Shown: positions 1 through 9,443 of the stretch, piece after piece | Layout: each line of letters opens with the position of its first letter | Numbering within the stretch: the stretch's first letter is position 1 | DNA from: an uncultured Lachnospiraceae bacterium | GTDB taxonomy: Bacteria > Bacillota > Clostridia > Oscillospirales > CAG-272 | Length of the DNA stretch: 59,965 nucleotides | NCBI GenBank assembly: GCA_964498965.1 | Contig: CAZCJU010000004.1 | Location: 1 to 59,965 of the forward strand | Direction: 5' to 3' | Position numbers and translations under genes: made by a program | Notes under the pieces: generated by a model | The model's input: only the letters and a program-made list of their open reading frames with translations | The model's database searches: none | Told to the model about the DNA's origin: nothing

Positions 1-54
1 AGCAACCGGCTCATAACCGGTCGGTCCGGGGTTCGAGTCCCTGAAGGCCCACCA
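1..54 (+). tRNA. tRNA with CAT anticodon, most likely tRNA-Ile2 (lysidine type); 5' end truncated by the window edge
   Basis: Anticodon arm ACCGG-CTCATAA-CCGGT, T-arm GGTTCGAGTCC, 3' end AAGGCCCACCA. Resembles Firmicute tRNA-Ile2(CAU) more than initiator or elongator Met. Confidence 0.85.
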
Positions 55-100
55 TACCGAATAGAAATTATTCGCAATGCGTATAATTTCTATTTTACTT

Positions 101-176
101 AGGGGTATAGCTCAGTTGGTAGAGCAGTGGTCTCCAAAACCACGTGTCCAGAGTTCGAGTCTTTGTGCCCCTGCCA
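101..176 (+). tRNA. tRNA-Trp (CCA)
   Basis: 76-nt cloverleaf AGGGGTA...TGCCCCTGCCA, anticodon loop CTCCAAA, GTTCGAGT T-loop, encoded CCA. Confidence 0.97.
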
Positions 177-205
177 AAAGCACTTGCATAGCAGGTGCTT
201 TTTTA
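177..205 (+). terminator. Intrinsic terminator after tRNA-Trp
   Basis: AAAAGCACTTGC-ATA-GCAGGTGCTTTTTT hairpin followed by a T tract. Confidence 0.8.
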
Positions 206-266
206 ACTAAAATTTCTTGCGTCAACAGCAAAATGCAAAAAAACAAAAAATATTTGCTTTTAGGTA

Positions 267-295
267 TTGACAAAACACATTTCTTCTGTTATAAT
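267..295 (+). promoter_or_regulatory. Consensus sigma-A promoter for tRNA-Thr
   Basis: TTGACA (267-272), 17 bp, TATAAT (290-295), extended TG, A-rich UP region, 10 nt before the tRNA. Confidence 0.9.
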
Positions 296-305
296 GAATG
301 GGTAA

Positions 306-381
306 GCTGCTATGGCTCAGCTGGCAGAGCACATCCTTGGTAAGGATGAGGTCATCAGTTCGACTCTGATTAGCAGCTCCA
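306..381 (+). tRNA. tRNA-Thr (GGT)
   Basis: 76-nt cloverleaf GCTGCTA...TAGCAGCTCCA, anticodon arm CATCC-TTGGTAA-GGATG. Confidence 0.97.
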
Positions 382-407
382 AAAAACACTCGTTTGAGTG
401 TTTTTTC
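381..407 (+). terminator. Intrinsic terminator after tRNA-Thr
   Basis: AAAAAACACTC-GTTT-GAGTGTTTTTT. Confidence 0.8.
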
Positions 408-435
408 TTTTTTGTGCTTTATTCCACGCCATCAA

Positions 436-724
436 AAAGTCTTTCCTTAACGGGAGCAGCCGCAGTTCACTCTTTCGCAGTCTTTCTCCGCGAGAAGATA
501 GTAGCCGATCCGGCTGACGGGTGCGAGCGTTATCGCACTACATTTACTGAGTTAGTTTGTACAGCCTCTCTCGCATCGTCCAGCGTGACAAGTCACGGTC
601 CTCCTTTCCCTCAATGGGAGGGCTTATAGAATGGGGGGACTACATACGATCTCTATTCCCTTAAAAGGCGAACTCGGAACAGGGTGGACTTCGTACGATT
701 CCTTTTCCCTCAAGGTGAAGGCTT
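436..724. repeat. Decayed cluster of REP-like palindromic elements
   Basis: Inverted pair at about 479-525 and 572-638, plus partial copies (436-456, 701-724) of a CATCCGTC-hairpin-CCTTCCC..GGAAGGCT motif; a related copy lies at 29236-29290. Confidence 0.6.
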
Positions 725-767
725 GAGGAACAAGTAAATGAGAGGGCTTAGGAAAAGGATTTGCATA

Positions 768-807
768 AAAAAATAAAATGAGCGAATATTCGCTCATTTT
801 ATTTTTT
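768..807. terminator. Long palindromic, probably bidirectional terminator
   Basis: AAAAAATAAAATGAGCGAAT/ATTCGCTCATTTTATTTTTT perfect inverted repeat just downstream of the gene ending at 822. Confidence 0.75.
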
Positions 808-821
808 CATATGTTTAAGAA

Positions 822-2030
822 TCAGTTCTTCTTTTTCTTAACAACTACAACAGCTACTACACCGCCGATCACAACTACAGCAGCAACTATAGCAATAATA
901 ACTCCGATATTGATATCGTTGCCATCTTTCTTGCCGTTGTTCTCACCGTCGGTCGTTGCAACAGTTCCGTCAGCAGTCGTGCCTGCAGCAGCGGTATCTG
1001 TATTTGCATCCCCGGATTCATCGGTGGAGGTTTCATTGCCTTCATTGCCTTCGGGAATATCACCCGTATCCTCTGTTTGTCCGCCGGGAAGCGTGCCATA
1101 TTCGTTAAGTTTAACACCCTCGTCGGTTCTCGTCCACGACTGAACTTCGGTATCGGTAGCGTTAACTTCGTCGGTGTTTCTGAACTTCAGTCTAATACCA
1201 TAATTATCAACATGCCAGTTATCTTTATTGTTTGTAAGGAATGAGCCTGCGGCAACCGATATGCCTGCCTCATCATAATCAACAAAAGCAATAAGTACAT
1301 CGGCATACGCACGCTTACGGTTCGTATCGTTAGGATCAAAGTTCGTCAAAAGAACGTTATTGCAGTCCATATCGTCAACGTACTCAAGTTCCCAAGTACG
1401 GCTATCTGCCGCTACATACTTCCAAGGAAGAAGCATTTCGAGCTGCCAACCATTGGCGGTAAGCGTATATTTAGCTTCGTATGTTTCATCGCTGGCTTCG
1501 ATAAGTGTAGGTTGATCGTCCTCCGCACCTCTACCGCCTGTTATATTATGTCTTAAAGCCTTGACCGTACCCACGGTTTCACCCTCAGCCATTTCAACGG
1601 GAAGAAAACTGAAGAACATTCCTTCATACTTATCATCGATTATTCCGGCGGGGTTGAACGAAATCTGGAAATGGTCGGTAGTTCTATCGATGGATGTAGC
1701 ATCCGCAGCTGCTTTAAGACAGTTATCGTTGATCTTTGCCGCCATGTAAATGCCGGCATCACTCCAGCAATAATAGAATTCTATATCAAGAAAATCCTTG
1801 TTTTCGCCTACCCAGCTTGTCATCATAGGCGAAGAACCCTCTTTCATAGAAAGCGTAATCTTGTTGGTTTCATCCCATTCGGCAGCCGTAACGTTACCGT
1901 CGATAACGATCTGTCCGTCGCCAATTTTACGAACGTTGACGAACATTCTCTCGTCGGCAGCACTTACCGTAGGAATGAAAAGTGTTGCAACCATAGCCAT
2001 TACCATGATTGCGGAAAGTAACTTTTTCAT
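822..2030 (-). CDS. Secreted, C-terminally membrane-anchored sugar-binding (CBM9/DOMON-like) protein
   Basis: Signal peptide MKKLLSAIMVMAMVATLFIPTVSA with SD GAGGAG; IDG..AEW, YYCWSDAGIYMAAKIND and GWQLEMLLPW motifs; T/D/G-rich linker; TM helix plus KKKK tail. Confidence 0.7.
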   Translation of the reverse strand: MKKLLSAIMVMAMVATLFIPTVSAADERMFVNVRKIGDGQIVIDGNVTAAEWDETNKITLSMKEGSSPMMTSWVGENKDFLDIEFYYCWSDAGIYMAAKINDNCLKAAADATSIDRTTDHFQISFNPAGIIDDKYEGMFFSFLPVEMAEGETVGTVKALRHNITGGRGAEDDQPTLIEASDETYEAKYTLTANGWQLEMLLPWKYVAADSRTWELEYVDDMDCNNVLLTNFDPNDTNRKRAYADVLIAFVDYDEAGISVAAGSFLTNNKDNWHVDNYGIRLKFRNTDEVNATDTEVQSWTRTDEGVKLNEYGTLPGGQTEDTGDIPEGNEGNETSTDESGDANTDTAAAGTTADGTVATTDGENNGKKDGNDINIGVIIAIVAAVVVIGGVVAVVVVKKKKN

Positions 2031-2099
2031 TACAATCACTCCTCTGAAATTTTCTTTTTTGTCGGTCGGCAAATCCGAACCGCTCATTTGATACTATAC

Positions 2100-2128
2100 A
2101 TTATACATAACTTTTATGAATTTGTCAA
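2100..2128 (-). promoter_or_regulatory. Consensus sigma-A promoter
   Basis: Minus strand TTGACA (2128-2123), 17 bp, TATAAT (2105-2100). Confidence 0.75.
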
Positions 2129-2227
2129 GTGAATTAGGTGAAATATATACTTGATTTTTAGCTTTTCCGTGTTTTTTTATTGTTTTATTCGTCATTTTGC
2201 GACATTTTACAGTATTCGGAAAAAATA

Positions 2228-3193
2228 TTATTTTTTCTTCGAGTAAATTATCATGAACGCCGTGCCGCCGATCACGATCGCCGTGCAGGCAACTATTATC
2301 ACGGCGGTTGCCGTATTAGATTTATCGTTTTTTTCGTCGGCAGTCGTTTTGATGTCGGTATCGGGCATCGTATCTTGTTTTACCGATGTCGTTTCGCTGC
2401 TTTCTTTTCTTTCGCCGAGTGTCATATATACATTATACGACGAGGTGGAAAAATTTCCGGCTTCAAGTCCGGTTGCCGTGCGATATACGGCTCTGTAGTT
2501 TTTCTCTCCGCTCACGCCGTTCAAGTAACACACCGTTGCCGTCAGATACGCTCCGTCGCCGTCCCTGTCGAATTTACTAAGCACGCCTGTTTTCGACGTT
2601 CTGTTACCGCTTCCGACGACACGCTCGGCGGGACAAATATATTCCCACGGAACGACGGCTTCCATTTGCCAGCCTTTTTCGGTGATCGTATACCGAGCTT
2701 CGATATCCGACTTAAATCCGCTTTTCGATTCGTAATCTATATTATGGCGTGTCACCGTGACTTTTCCCGTATTTTCTCCGTCGGGTGCATCGGGCCAGCA
2801 CATAAAGAACATTCCCTCAAGCGGGTCATCGGCGGGAATAAGTCCGCCGGGATTTAACGAAAATTCAAAGCAATCTTTTTTTGTGCCGAAGTCCGGGTCA
2901 TTATCGGTGATATCCGCATAGACATACAAGCCGTTATCGTTCCACATGAAATACGCCTCAACGGGGGTTATATGTTCTTCCTCGCTCATATTTCCCCACG
3001 TACCTGTATTTTCCTTATCAAGTTTGACAGATGCGGAAAGATTCCACTCGTTATCGTCCGCTTTCCCGTCAACGGTAATAGGGGCGGTTGCATATGGCAA
3101 TGTAATACTGATTTTTTCGCCTCCCTCACCTGCCGCATTTGCGGACAGCACGAGCAAGACGAGCATAGAAATAATGACGGCGATCTTTTTCAT
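2228..3193 (-). CDS. Secreted, membrane-anchored CBM9-like protein (paralog of 822-2030)
   Basis: Signal peptide; ITVDGKADDNEW, YFMWNDNGLYVYADITD, FSLNPGGLI..EGMFF and GWQMEAVVPWEY match the neighbouring gene; TM plus KKK tail. Confidence 0.7.
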   Translation of the reverse strand: MKKIAVIISMLVLLVLSANAAGEGGEKISITLPYATAPITVDGKADDNEWNLSASVKLDKENTGTWGNMSEEEHITPVEAYFMWNDNGLYVYADITDNDPDFGTKKDCFEFSLNPGGLIPADDPLEGMFFMCWPDAPDGENTGKVTVTRHNIDYESKSGFKSDIEARYTITEKGWQMEAVVPWEYICPAERVVGSGNRTSKTGVLSKFDRDGDGAYLTATVCYLNGVSGEKNYRAVYRTATGLEAGNFSTSSYNVYMTLGERKESSETTSVKQDTMPDTDIKTTADEKNDKSNTATAVIIVACTAIVIGGTAFMIIYSKKK

Positions 3194-3208
3194 AATTTCT
3201 CCGTTCCG

Positions 3209-4300
3209 TTATTTATTTTCGGGAAAATCCGCCGACGCAAGCATATCATAGAGTTGTTGAGCCTCTCCCGTCGGTGTTTTCGGCTTTTTCAGGTACGCAT
3301 ATTCGAAGCAACTGCCGTTTTCGGCATATCCTATCATATACGTTCCGGTACAATCGGTTTTTCCGAATTTGCACTTAAAATTAAATATGACGTAAGTTTT
3401 TTCGTTATTTTCACGCACCTCGCCACTGTCGGACGCTTCGCACGCAGTAATTTTACCGCCGAGCAATTCGGCAATGCGTTGTGCGTCAAATTCGATTGAA
3501 TTATTCTGCACCTCGCTCCGTGCGGCAACGGCGTTTTGTTCCGTATACGAGCCTGTATACACGGCGTACATATCGGTGTAAGCGAAAATGCCGTTATATT
3601 TATCGGTATCGACGATCTGAATTTCCTTTTTGTACTTTTCTCCGTCCGTTTCTTCCTCGACTTCGACCGTTTTATACGGGATCTCATCAAGTGCGGGTGT
3701 CAGTGTATATGTACAATTGGCGGGTATTCTTATGTCAAAAGCTCCGTTATTCAATGTAACGGGATCGGACAACGAATCGTTATCCTTAGGTACATTGGCG
3801 TAAAGTGAGAACTCGAAGTCGAGCAATTCGCATTTTTTATTATACGCTTCCGTGGCTTCGCCGACGAGTGCATATTCAAGCGTATAGATCATTCTTTTCG
3901 TTGCCGAGATGATATAATATGTCGGTTTTTTTTCTTCACGGCAATCAAGCACAAGTGATGAAGCGTTTTTAAAGGTTATATTATTCTTATTATATTTATT
4001 CTTATTGGTATAGGCGTTTATATAATCATAGAAGCTGTCCTCGGTATTGAACATGCATGAAAGCGTTATTTTTTCATCGCCTGAGGTCAATGTATACATC
4101 GCCTCGTCGCCGTCCTCGTCAAGCTCCTCTTTATTCGGTTTTGAAAAGTTTGACGGGTATTTCAGCGTGAAATGATATTCCTCATCAACGTAGCTCACGC
4201 TCTTTATTTCCTCGTCCCGACCCGCAGAGCAAGCACAAAGCGACTGAAGGGCTATCGTCAAAAGAAGCAAGAGCGTGATCGAACCGAAAATCTTTTTCAT
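3209..4300 (-). CDS. Lipoprotein of unknown function (possibly PsbP/DcrB-like fold)
   Basis: SD AAGGAGG; signal MKKIFGSITLLLLLTIALQSLCAC with lipobox; YVDEEYHFTLKYPSNF motif. Confidence 0.6.
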   Translation of the reverse strand: MKKIFGSITLLLLLTIALQSLCACSAGRDEEIKSVSYVDEEYHFTLKYPSNFSKPNKEELDEDGDEAMYTLTSGDEKITLSCMFNTEDSFYDYINAYTNKNKYNKNNITFKNASSLVLDCREEKKPTYYIISATKRMIYTLEYALVGEATEAYNKKCELLDFEFSLYANVPKDNDSLSDPVTLNNGAFDIRIPANCTYTLTPALDEIPYKTVEVEEETDGEKYKKEIQIVDTDKYNGIFAYTDMYAVYTGSYTEQNAVAARSEVQNNSIEFDAQRIAELLGGKITACEASDSGEVRENNEKTYVIFNFKCKFGKTDCTGTYMIGYAENGSCFEYAYLKKPKTPTGEAQQLYDMLASADFPENK

Positions 4301-4317
4301 AATCCTCCTTACTGCAA

Positions 4318-6798
4318 TCACTTGCAATCGTACCAATTATCCGCACACGATATTTCGACGCTGAGTTTTATCGGCAATTCGATCGCATTTTCCATTTCCG
4401 TTTGCAACAGTCGCATTACAGCCTGCGAATCCTCTTTTCTCGCTTCTATCATCAGCTCATCATGCACCTGCAATATCAAATGTGCGTCGTAGCCGTGTTC
4501 GACAAGGGCTTTATGCGTATTTATCATTGCGATCTTAATAATGTCCGCCGCAGTTCCTTGGATTGGGCTGTTCATCGCCACCCTTTCACCGAACGCTTGG
4601 ATATTTTTCTTTGAGCTTGACAACTCCGGGATATATCTGCGTCTGCCGAGCAACGTCTTTACGTATCCGTTTTGCCGTCCCTCTTTTTTTATGTTTTCGA
4701 GGTATTCGGAAACGCCGGGGTACTTATTGAGGTAGCTTTCGATATATTTTTTTGCCGCCGCACGGCTTGTACCGATATCCTTTGCCAGAGAAAAATCGGA
4801 AATACCGTACACTATTCCGAAGCTTACCGCTTTAGCTTTTTTACGCATTTCGGGCGTAACGCTTTCGGCGGGGACACCGAACACCTGCGATGCCGTTTCG
4901 GTATGGATATCGGCACCTTTTTCAAAGGCGTTTATCATACTTTCGTCACCGGAGATTGCCGCAAGCAATCTCAGCTCGATCTGCGAATAGTCGGAATCTA
5001 TCAATACGCAGCCGTCTTTTTTCGGCACGAAATATTTTCTCAATATTTTTCCCTGCTCCGTTCGCACGGGGATATTTTGAAGATTAGGCTCGGTAGATGA
5101 AAGTCTGCCGGTTGCCGTCACCGTTTGATTAAAGCTCGTGCGGACTATTCCGTTCTCGTCCGCCGCTTTAAGCAAGCCGTCCACGTAAGTGCTTTTAAGC
5201 TTCGTCAAGTTTCTGTACTCGAGTATCTCGTCTATCACGGGGTGATACGGGCGAAGTTCTTCCAACACTTCGGCGTTCGTCGAATATCCGGTTTTCGTTT
5301 TTTTTCGTGCGGGCAATCCCAACTGTTCAAACAACACCTCGCCGAGCTGTTTCGGTGAATTTATATTAAATTCGCCGCCGCACATTGCGTATATCCGTTC
5401 CGTAAGGACGTTTACATTTTCGTCGAGCGTTTTGCCAAACTCCTCAAGTCCGTGCGTATCGACCTTAAATCCGCATTTTTCCATATCGGCGAGAACAGCC
5501 GACAGAGGCAATTCGACGTTATAATACAGTACGTCGGTTTTTTGTTCTTTGAGCGATTCGTTTAATTTTTCATACAATTCGTAAATGCACGCCGTTTTTT
5601 CCTCGGCGTTTTTCGGTTCACCCGAGCCGAGGTAACTCAACGCAAGGTGCGACAGCGAATAGTCGGACGATGAGGAATCAAGCACGTAGCCGGCAAGTGT
5701 CACGTCGAAAACGATATTTGCATTATCGTTACAAGCGAATATTCGTTTTGAATTTTCGCATATCAGTTTTAATTCTCCGTAAGCGATATTTTTTTGTTCG
5801 GCATCGAGCTTGAAGCCGTTTTTTCCGTCATACAGATACACTTTTTCATCGTCATCGAATATCGAATAGCATTTATTCTTATCGATCGCCGTAATACTCG
5901 TTTCGCAAAACGTCGGCACGGAGAGCTTTTCTTTTTCTTCGTTCAGTCCGAATTTTTTTATCAACGCACCGAATTGCAGATACTTGAAAAGTTTGAACAA
6001 CTCTTTTTCATCGATTCCGTTATATTCGTAATCGTCAATCGTTCTCGATATCGGCACGTTTTTGTCTATTCTTGCCAGCTCATACGACATATAGGCATTG
6101 TCCTTGCCTGCGATCAGCTTACTCATGACCGATTTTCCGAGCGGCTTTTGTTCAAGCTCATCGTACACGCCGTCGAGCGAGCCGTATTGAGAAATCAATT
6201 TCAACGCACTCTTTTCGCCTATTCCGCTGACGCCGGGAATATTATCGGAGCTATCGCCCATAAGGGCTTTGATATCGACGAGATGCGGCGGGGTCGTTCC
6301 GTATTTTTCGAAGAATTTACGTTCGTCGTAAAGCACTGTTTCGCCGGTTGTCGCAAGCAAAACGCACGTATTTTCGCTTACAAGCTGCAAGCTGTCGCGG
6401 TCGCCGGTCAATATGTATGCTTCCGCATTGTTTTCTTCCGCTATCGCCGAAAGAGTACCCAATATATCGTCGGCTTCCCAGCCCTCTTTTTCAAGTACGG
6501 TAAAACCCATATATTTCAACGCTTTTTTCGCATACGGCAGCTGCATGGCGAGTTCCTCGGGCATACCCTTGCGGTTTGCCTTATAGGCGTCGTACATTTT
6601 ATGTCTGAAGGTCGGGGCTTTCATGTCGAAAGCGACGACACGGTAATCCGGACGCAAATGCTCAACGTGCGAATTTATTATATTGACGAGTCCGTAAACG
6701 GCGTGAGTATACAAGCCGTCGTTCGTAGTAAGCGGTCTTATCCCGTAATACGCTCTGTTCAGTATACTGTTACCGTCAACCGCAAGCAGCTTTTTCAT
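4318..6798 (-). CDS. polA: DNA polymerase I
   Basis: 5'-3' exonuclease motifs (VDGNSILNRAYY, EADD, GDRD, GDSSDNIPGV); polymerase motifs TGRLSS, DYSQIELR, KAVSFGIVYG, QVHDE; short degenerate proofreading domain. Confidence 0.98.
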   Translation of the reverse strand: MKKLLAVDGNSILNRAYYGIRPLTTNDGLYTHAVYGLVNIINSHVEHLRPDYRVVAFDMKAPTFRHKMYDAYKANRKGMPEELAMQLPYAKKALKYMGFTVLEKEGWEADDILGTLSAIAEENNAEAYILTGDRDSLQLVSENTCVLLATTGETVLYDERKFFEKYGTTPPHLVDIKALMGDSSDNIPGVSGIGEKSALKLISQYGSLDGVYDELEQKPLGKSVMSKLIAGKDNAYMSYELARIDKNVPISRTIDDYEYNGIDEKELFKLFKYLQFGALIKKFGLNEEKEKLSVPTFCETSITAIDKNKCYSIFDDDEKVYLYDGKNGFKLDAEQKNIAYGELKLICENSKRIFACNDNANIVFDVTLAGYVLDSSSSDYSLSHLALSYLGSGEPKNAEEKTACIYELYEKLNESLKEQKTDVLYYNVELPLSAVLADMEKCGFKVDTHGLEEFGKTLDENVNVLTERIYAMCGGEFNINSPKQLGEVLFEQLGLPARKKTKTGYSTNAEVLEELRPYHPVIDEILEYRNLTKLKSTYVDGLLKAADENGIVRTSFNQTVTATGRLSSTEPNLQNIPVRTEQGKILRKYFVPKKDGCVLIDSDYSQIELRLLAAISGDESMINAFEKGADIHTETASQVFGVPAESVTPEMRKKAKAVSFGIVYGISDFSLAKDIGTSRAAAKKYIESYLNKYPGVSEYLENIKKEGRQNGYVKTLLGRRRYIPELSSSKKNIQAFGERVAMNSPIQGTAADIIKIAMINTHKALVEHGYDAHLILQVHDELMIEARKEDSQAVMRLLQTEMENAIELPIKLSVEISCADNWYDCK

Positions 6799-6850
6799 AT
6801 TTCACCTTTCGATATCGGGCTTACCCCGTCGTTTGCCGCAAAGTCGCAGC

Positions 6851-9412
6851 TCACTTTTTCTTGAATAAAGAACCGAACAGTCCCGATTTTTTAACGGGCA
6901 TCGACAGCAGTGCATTGAAACTGTCGAGCATGATGGGTTCGGAGCCGAAGCATTCCTCCGCACTCGCACAAAGTGCGTCAAGGCGTTTGGAATTCAGCTT
7001 TTTCAGCATTGCGGCAACCGCTTCCCTCTCGCAATCCTCGCCTTCTTCAAACAGGAACGTCAAGAATTTACACATACAGGTATAATCACCGTCGCGTCCC
7101 TGTCTTATACATTCCTTCGCGAATGTACGGCAAAACTCCGCTTTCTGCTCCGGTGTGGTTATCAGGCACGAGCGTACAAACGATATCTCCCTGCTGTCGA
7201 GCATCAGTTCCGTAAATATCGGCAATATCCAATTGAAATAATCACGCCATTCGTATTCATCACAGCCCAAAAGCACGACTTTTTCACTTTCGGTAAGCGT
7301 CTTAAGAGTTTCTTTTACTTTATAATATTCCTCTATATTATCTATCTTTTCGCATTCAATACCGAAGACGAGTGCGAGCAATCTTCCCGACACCTTTTCC
7401 TCCTTGACCTGCGTAACGTAGCGAACAAGCTCGTTCAATACGGTTCTGTCGCCGTTTTCGGGGCAGGCAAGCGGTATTCTCAGCGAAATATTCGTTATGT
7501 ATTCGTCGCACGACGGCGTTATCACGCCTTTTTCGCTTACAGCCGAAAATATTTCGTCCACTGCCTGTGCCGTATATACTCTACCGTTATTTTTCGCTAT
7601 TCCATAGAAAAGCTCGGTTGCCGAAATGAAATATTCGTCGCTGTAATCTTCTATTATCGAGAAATAATTATCGCACATTTCGCCGAACAGCTTCAAGCAG
7701 ATCTCCACATCCGCCGTTCTCATTATTCTATCGAAAACGGCGTAAAGTGTGGCGTAGTCCTCGAGGCGAACAAAGTAGTCGTACACTTCGCGTCTGCAAT
7801 CAAAGCATGTATTCGCACATATTTCCGCAAAGCAACGACGAAGTTCCTTTACGTTTTCTTCGTCGTTTTCTCCGTCCTCAAGCGATGAAACGCAACGAGA
7901 GTAAGCCGAGGAAAGCAGGACATTATTTACGCCGAGGCGTTTTATCGCACAAAGTGCCAACGAAAGCGAGGTTCCGTTTTTCTTTCCCGCCGAAACGATA
8001 TCGCATATGAACCTGCCGAAGGGTGAATCGGCACTCAGCGGTTCGTATTCCTTTTTGCTTTCCCCGAGGTACTCGAGCATTTGCGTAAGAGCAATTTCCG
8101 CTTTCCATTCGCACGGATCGTAGCCGAGTATAGCCGTAAGTTTTTTACGATTGACCTCGTTCATAAGCTCGCCGGAAAGCGAAAATCCGACCTTACCCGT
8201 GATATTTCTCAAATCGTTATAGAATCTGTTAAACGCCTCTCTGTCGCCGTTTTTACGTATAAGTGCCATAAGCACGCACTGTGCGACGCTCGCTCTTATA
8301 TTTTCACGGTGGACGGAACTTACGCAACGATACGGTGAGCAAACAGTCGCAAGCACACGCAACAGATAATTCAGAGGCAGAGTTCCTACCTCGGAACACT
8401 GCGAGCAAAGCTTTTCCGAAAGAGCCACCGCAAGTGACTGGCAGCAACGGCTCAGCAAGCTCGCACACGCCTCATAATCCTCGAAGCCCACCGCAAGCAC
8501 GCCTTTTTTCAAAACGGTATACGCCGTATAAGCGATACATATATCGTAGCACGGCTCGGAAAAATCGAAGCTGTCGTCGATGAATTTATTAAAGTTTTCG
8601 ATTTCGGAATAATCATGTGTCATTCCGTTTATCAAAAATTCGAAATAAGCTTCACACAGCTCGTCGTTCGGATACATTTGGGCATATGCGTCGAATACCA
8701 CATGACCGTCATCGGCACTGTCGACGGAATATACCGTTCCGTCCGGCATTGCTCCGCATATATCGGTCTGGACTGTCATCGGATCGAATGCATAGGTAGT
8801 GAACGTTATGCTTTTCGCAAGCCGTGACGGCAGAGCATAGCAGACCGCACCTATCCAAAGAGGTATATTGTCGGGCGAGTCGGCGATTATTATGCGTTGC
8901 TTATTACGTCTGCAGACAAGCACTCGTTTTACGAGCTGTGCGAATGTCTTTTCACGTCCCGCACTTATAAATTTCATGACCTTATTCACGTTGACGCTTG
9001 AGCCTACGGCAAACTCACGCACTCCGCAATAGCCGTCCGCAAGCTGCTGTGCATCGGACGTAAACGACGGCGAAAGATAATACTCTATCGGCAGTGCAAG
9101 TTTTTCCTTATCGGGAATTATCCAGTGTGCAAGTCCGATATCGCCGTCGTTATCTCTGCCGACAAACGTGTTTTGCATAAAAATGTGTTCGCCGTTCAAC
9201 ACGGTATACATGAAGCTTTTCGGCATCATTTCGCACAGATCACGTGTCAATTCGATATCGCTCGGTATCTGAACGGGCGTATATTCGCTTTTTTCGAGTA
9301 TCTTCGGCACAAGCTCCGCCGGGAAGCCTCTGTCGGCACACAACACGCCCATGCCTTTTTCTCCGGTATAAAAATCCTTTTCCGTTTTCGTACAAATAAT
9401 CTGATGCTTCAT
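6851..9412 (-). CDS. GAP1-N2 plus GAP1-M-like domain protein with a long helical C-terminus
   Basis: N-terminal HQIICT..G.GV...Y.P...MPKSFMY...NTFVGRD...AH pattern and IIIADSPDNIPLWIGAVCYALPSRLAKSITFTTY..DP, recognised by eye as GAP1-N2/GAP1-M; amphipathic tail GLFGSLFKKK. Confidence 0.65.
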   Translation of the reverse strand: MKHQIICTKTEKDFYTGEKGMGVLCADRGFPAELVPKILEKSEYTPVQIPSDIELTRDLCEMMPKSFMYTVLNGEHIFMQNTFVGRDNDGDIGLAHWIIPDKEKLALPIEYYLSPSFTSDAQQLADGYCGVREFAVGSSVNVNKVMKFISAGREKTFAQLVKRVLVCRRNKQRIIIADSPDNIPLWIGAVCYALPSRLAKSITFTTYAFDPMTVQTDICGAMPDGTVYSVDSADDGHVVFDAYAQMYPNDELCEAYFEFLINGMTHDYSEIENFNKFIDDSFDFSEPCYDICIAYTAYTVLKKGVLAVGFEDYEACASLLSRCCQSLAVALSEKLCSQCSEVGTLPLNYLLRVLATVCSPYRCVSSVHRENIRASVAQCVLMALIRKNGDREAFNRFYNDLRNITGKVGFSLSGELMNEVNRKKLTAILGYDPCEWKAEIALTQMLEYLGESKKEYEPLSADSPFGRFICDIVSAGKKNGTSLSLALCAIKRLGVNNVLLSSAYSRCVSSLEDGENDEENVKELRRCFAEICANTCFDCRREVYDYFVRLEDYATLYAVFDRIMRTADVEICLKLFGEMCDNYFSIIEDYSDEYFISATELFYGIAKNNGRVYTAQAVDEIFSAVSEKGVITPSCDEYITNISLRIPLACPENGDRTVLNELVRYVTQVKEEKVSGRLLALVFGIECEKIDNIEEYYKVKETLKTLTESEKVVLLGCDEYEWRDYFNWILPIFTELMLDSREISFVRSCLITTPEQKAEFCRTFAKECIRQGRDGDYTCMCKFLTFLFEEGEDCEREAVAAMLKKLNSKRLDALCASAEECFGSEPIMLDSFNALLSMPVKKSGLFGSLFKKK

Positions 9413-9443
9413 TTTATGCCTCTTCTACATATTCCGTAAACAA

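Noticed and set aside
101-176. Possible genetic-code reassignment
   Set aside because: tRNA anticodons are standard, and conserved Trp/Arg/Met positions in LeuA, Spo0A and PolA translate normally with table 11.
77-629. ORFs 77-343 and 312-629
   Set aside because: They overlap tRNA genes, a promoter and repeats, and have no protein-like features.
5794-6864. 356-aa plus-strand ORF
   Set aside because: Antisense shadow of polA; no motifs, explained by codon bias.
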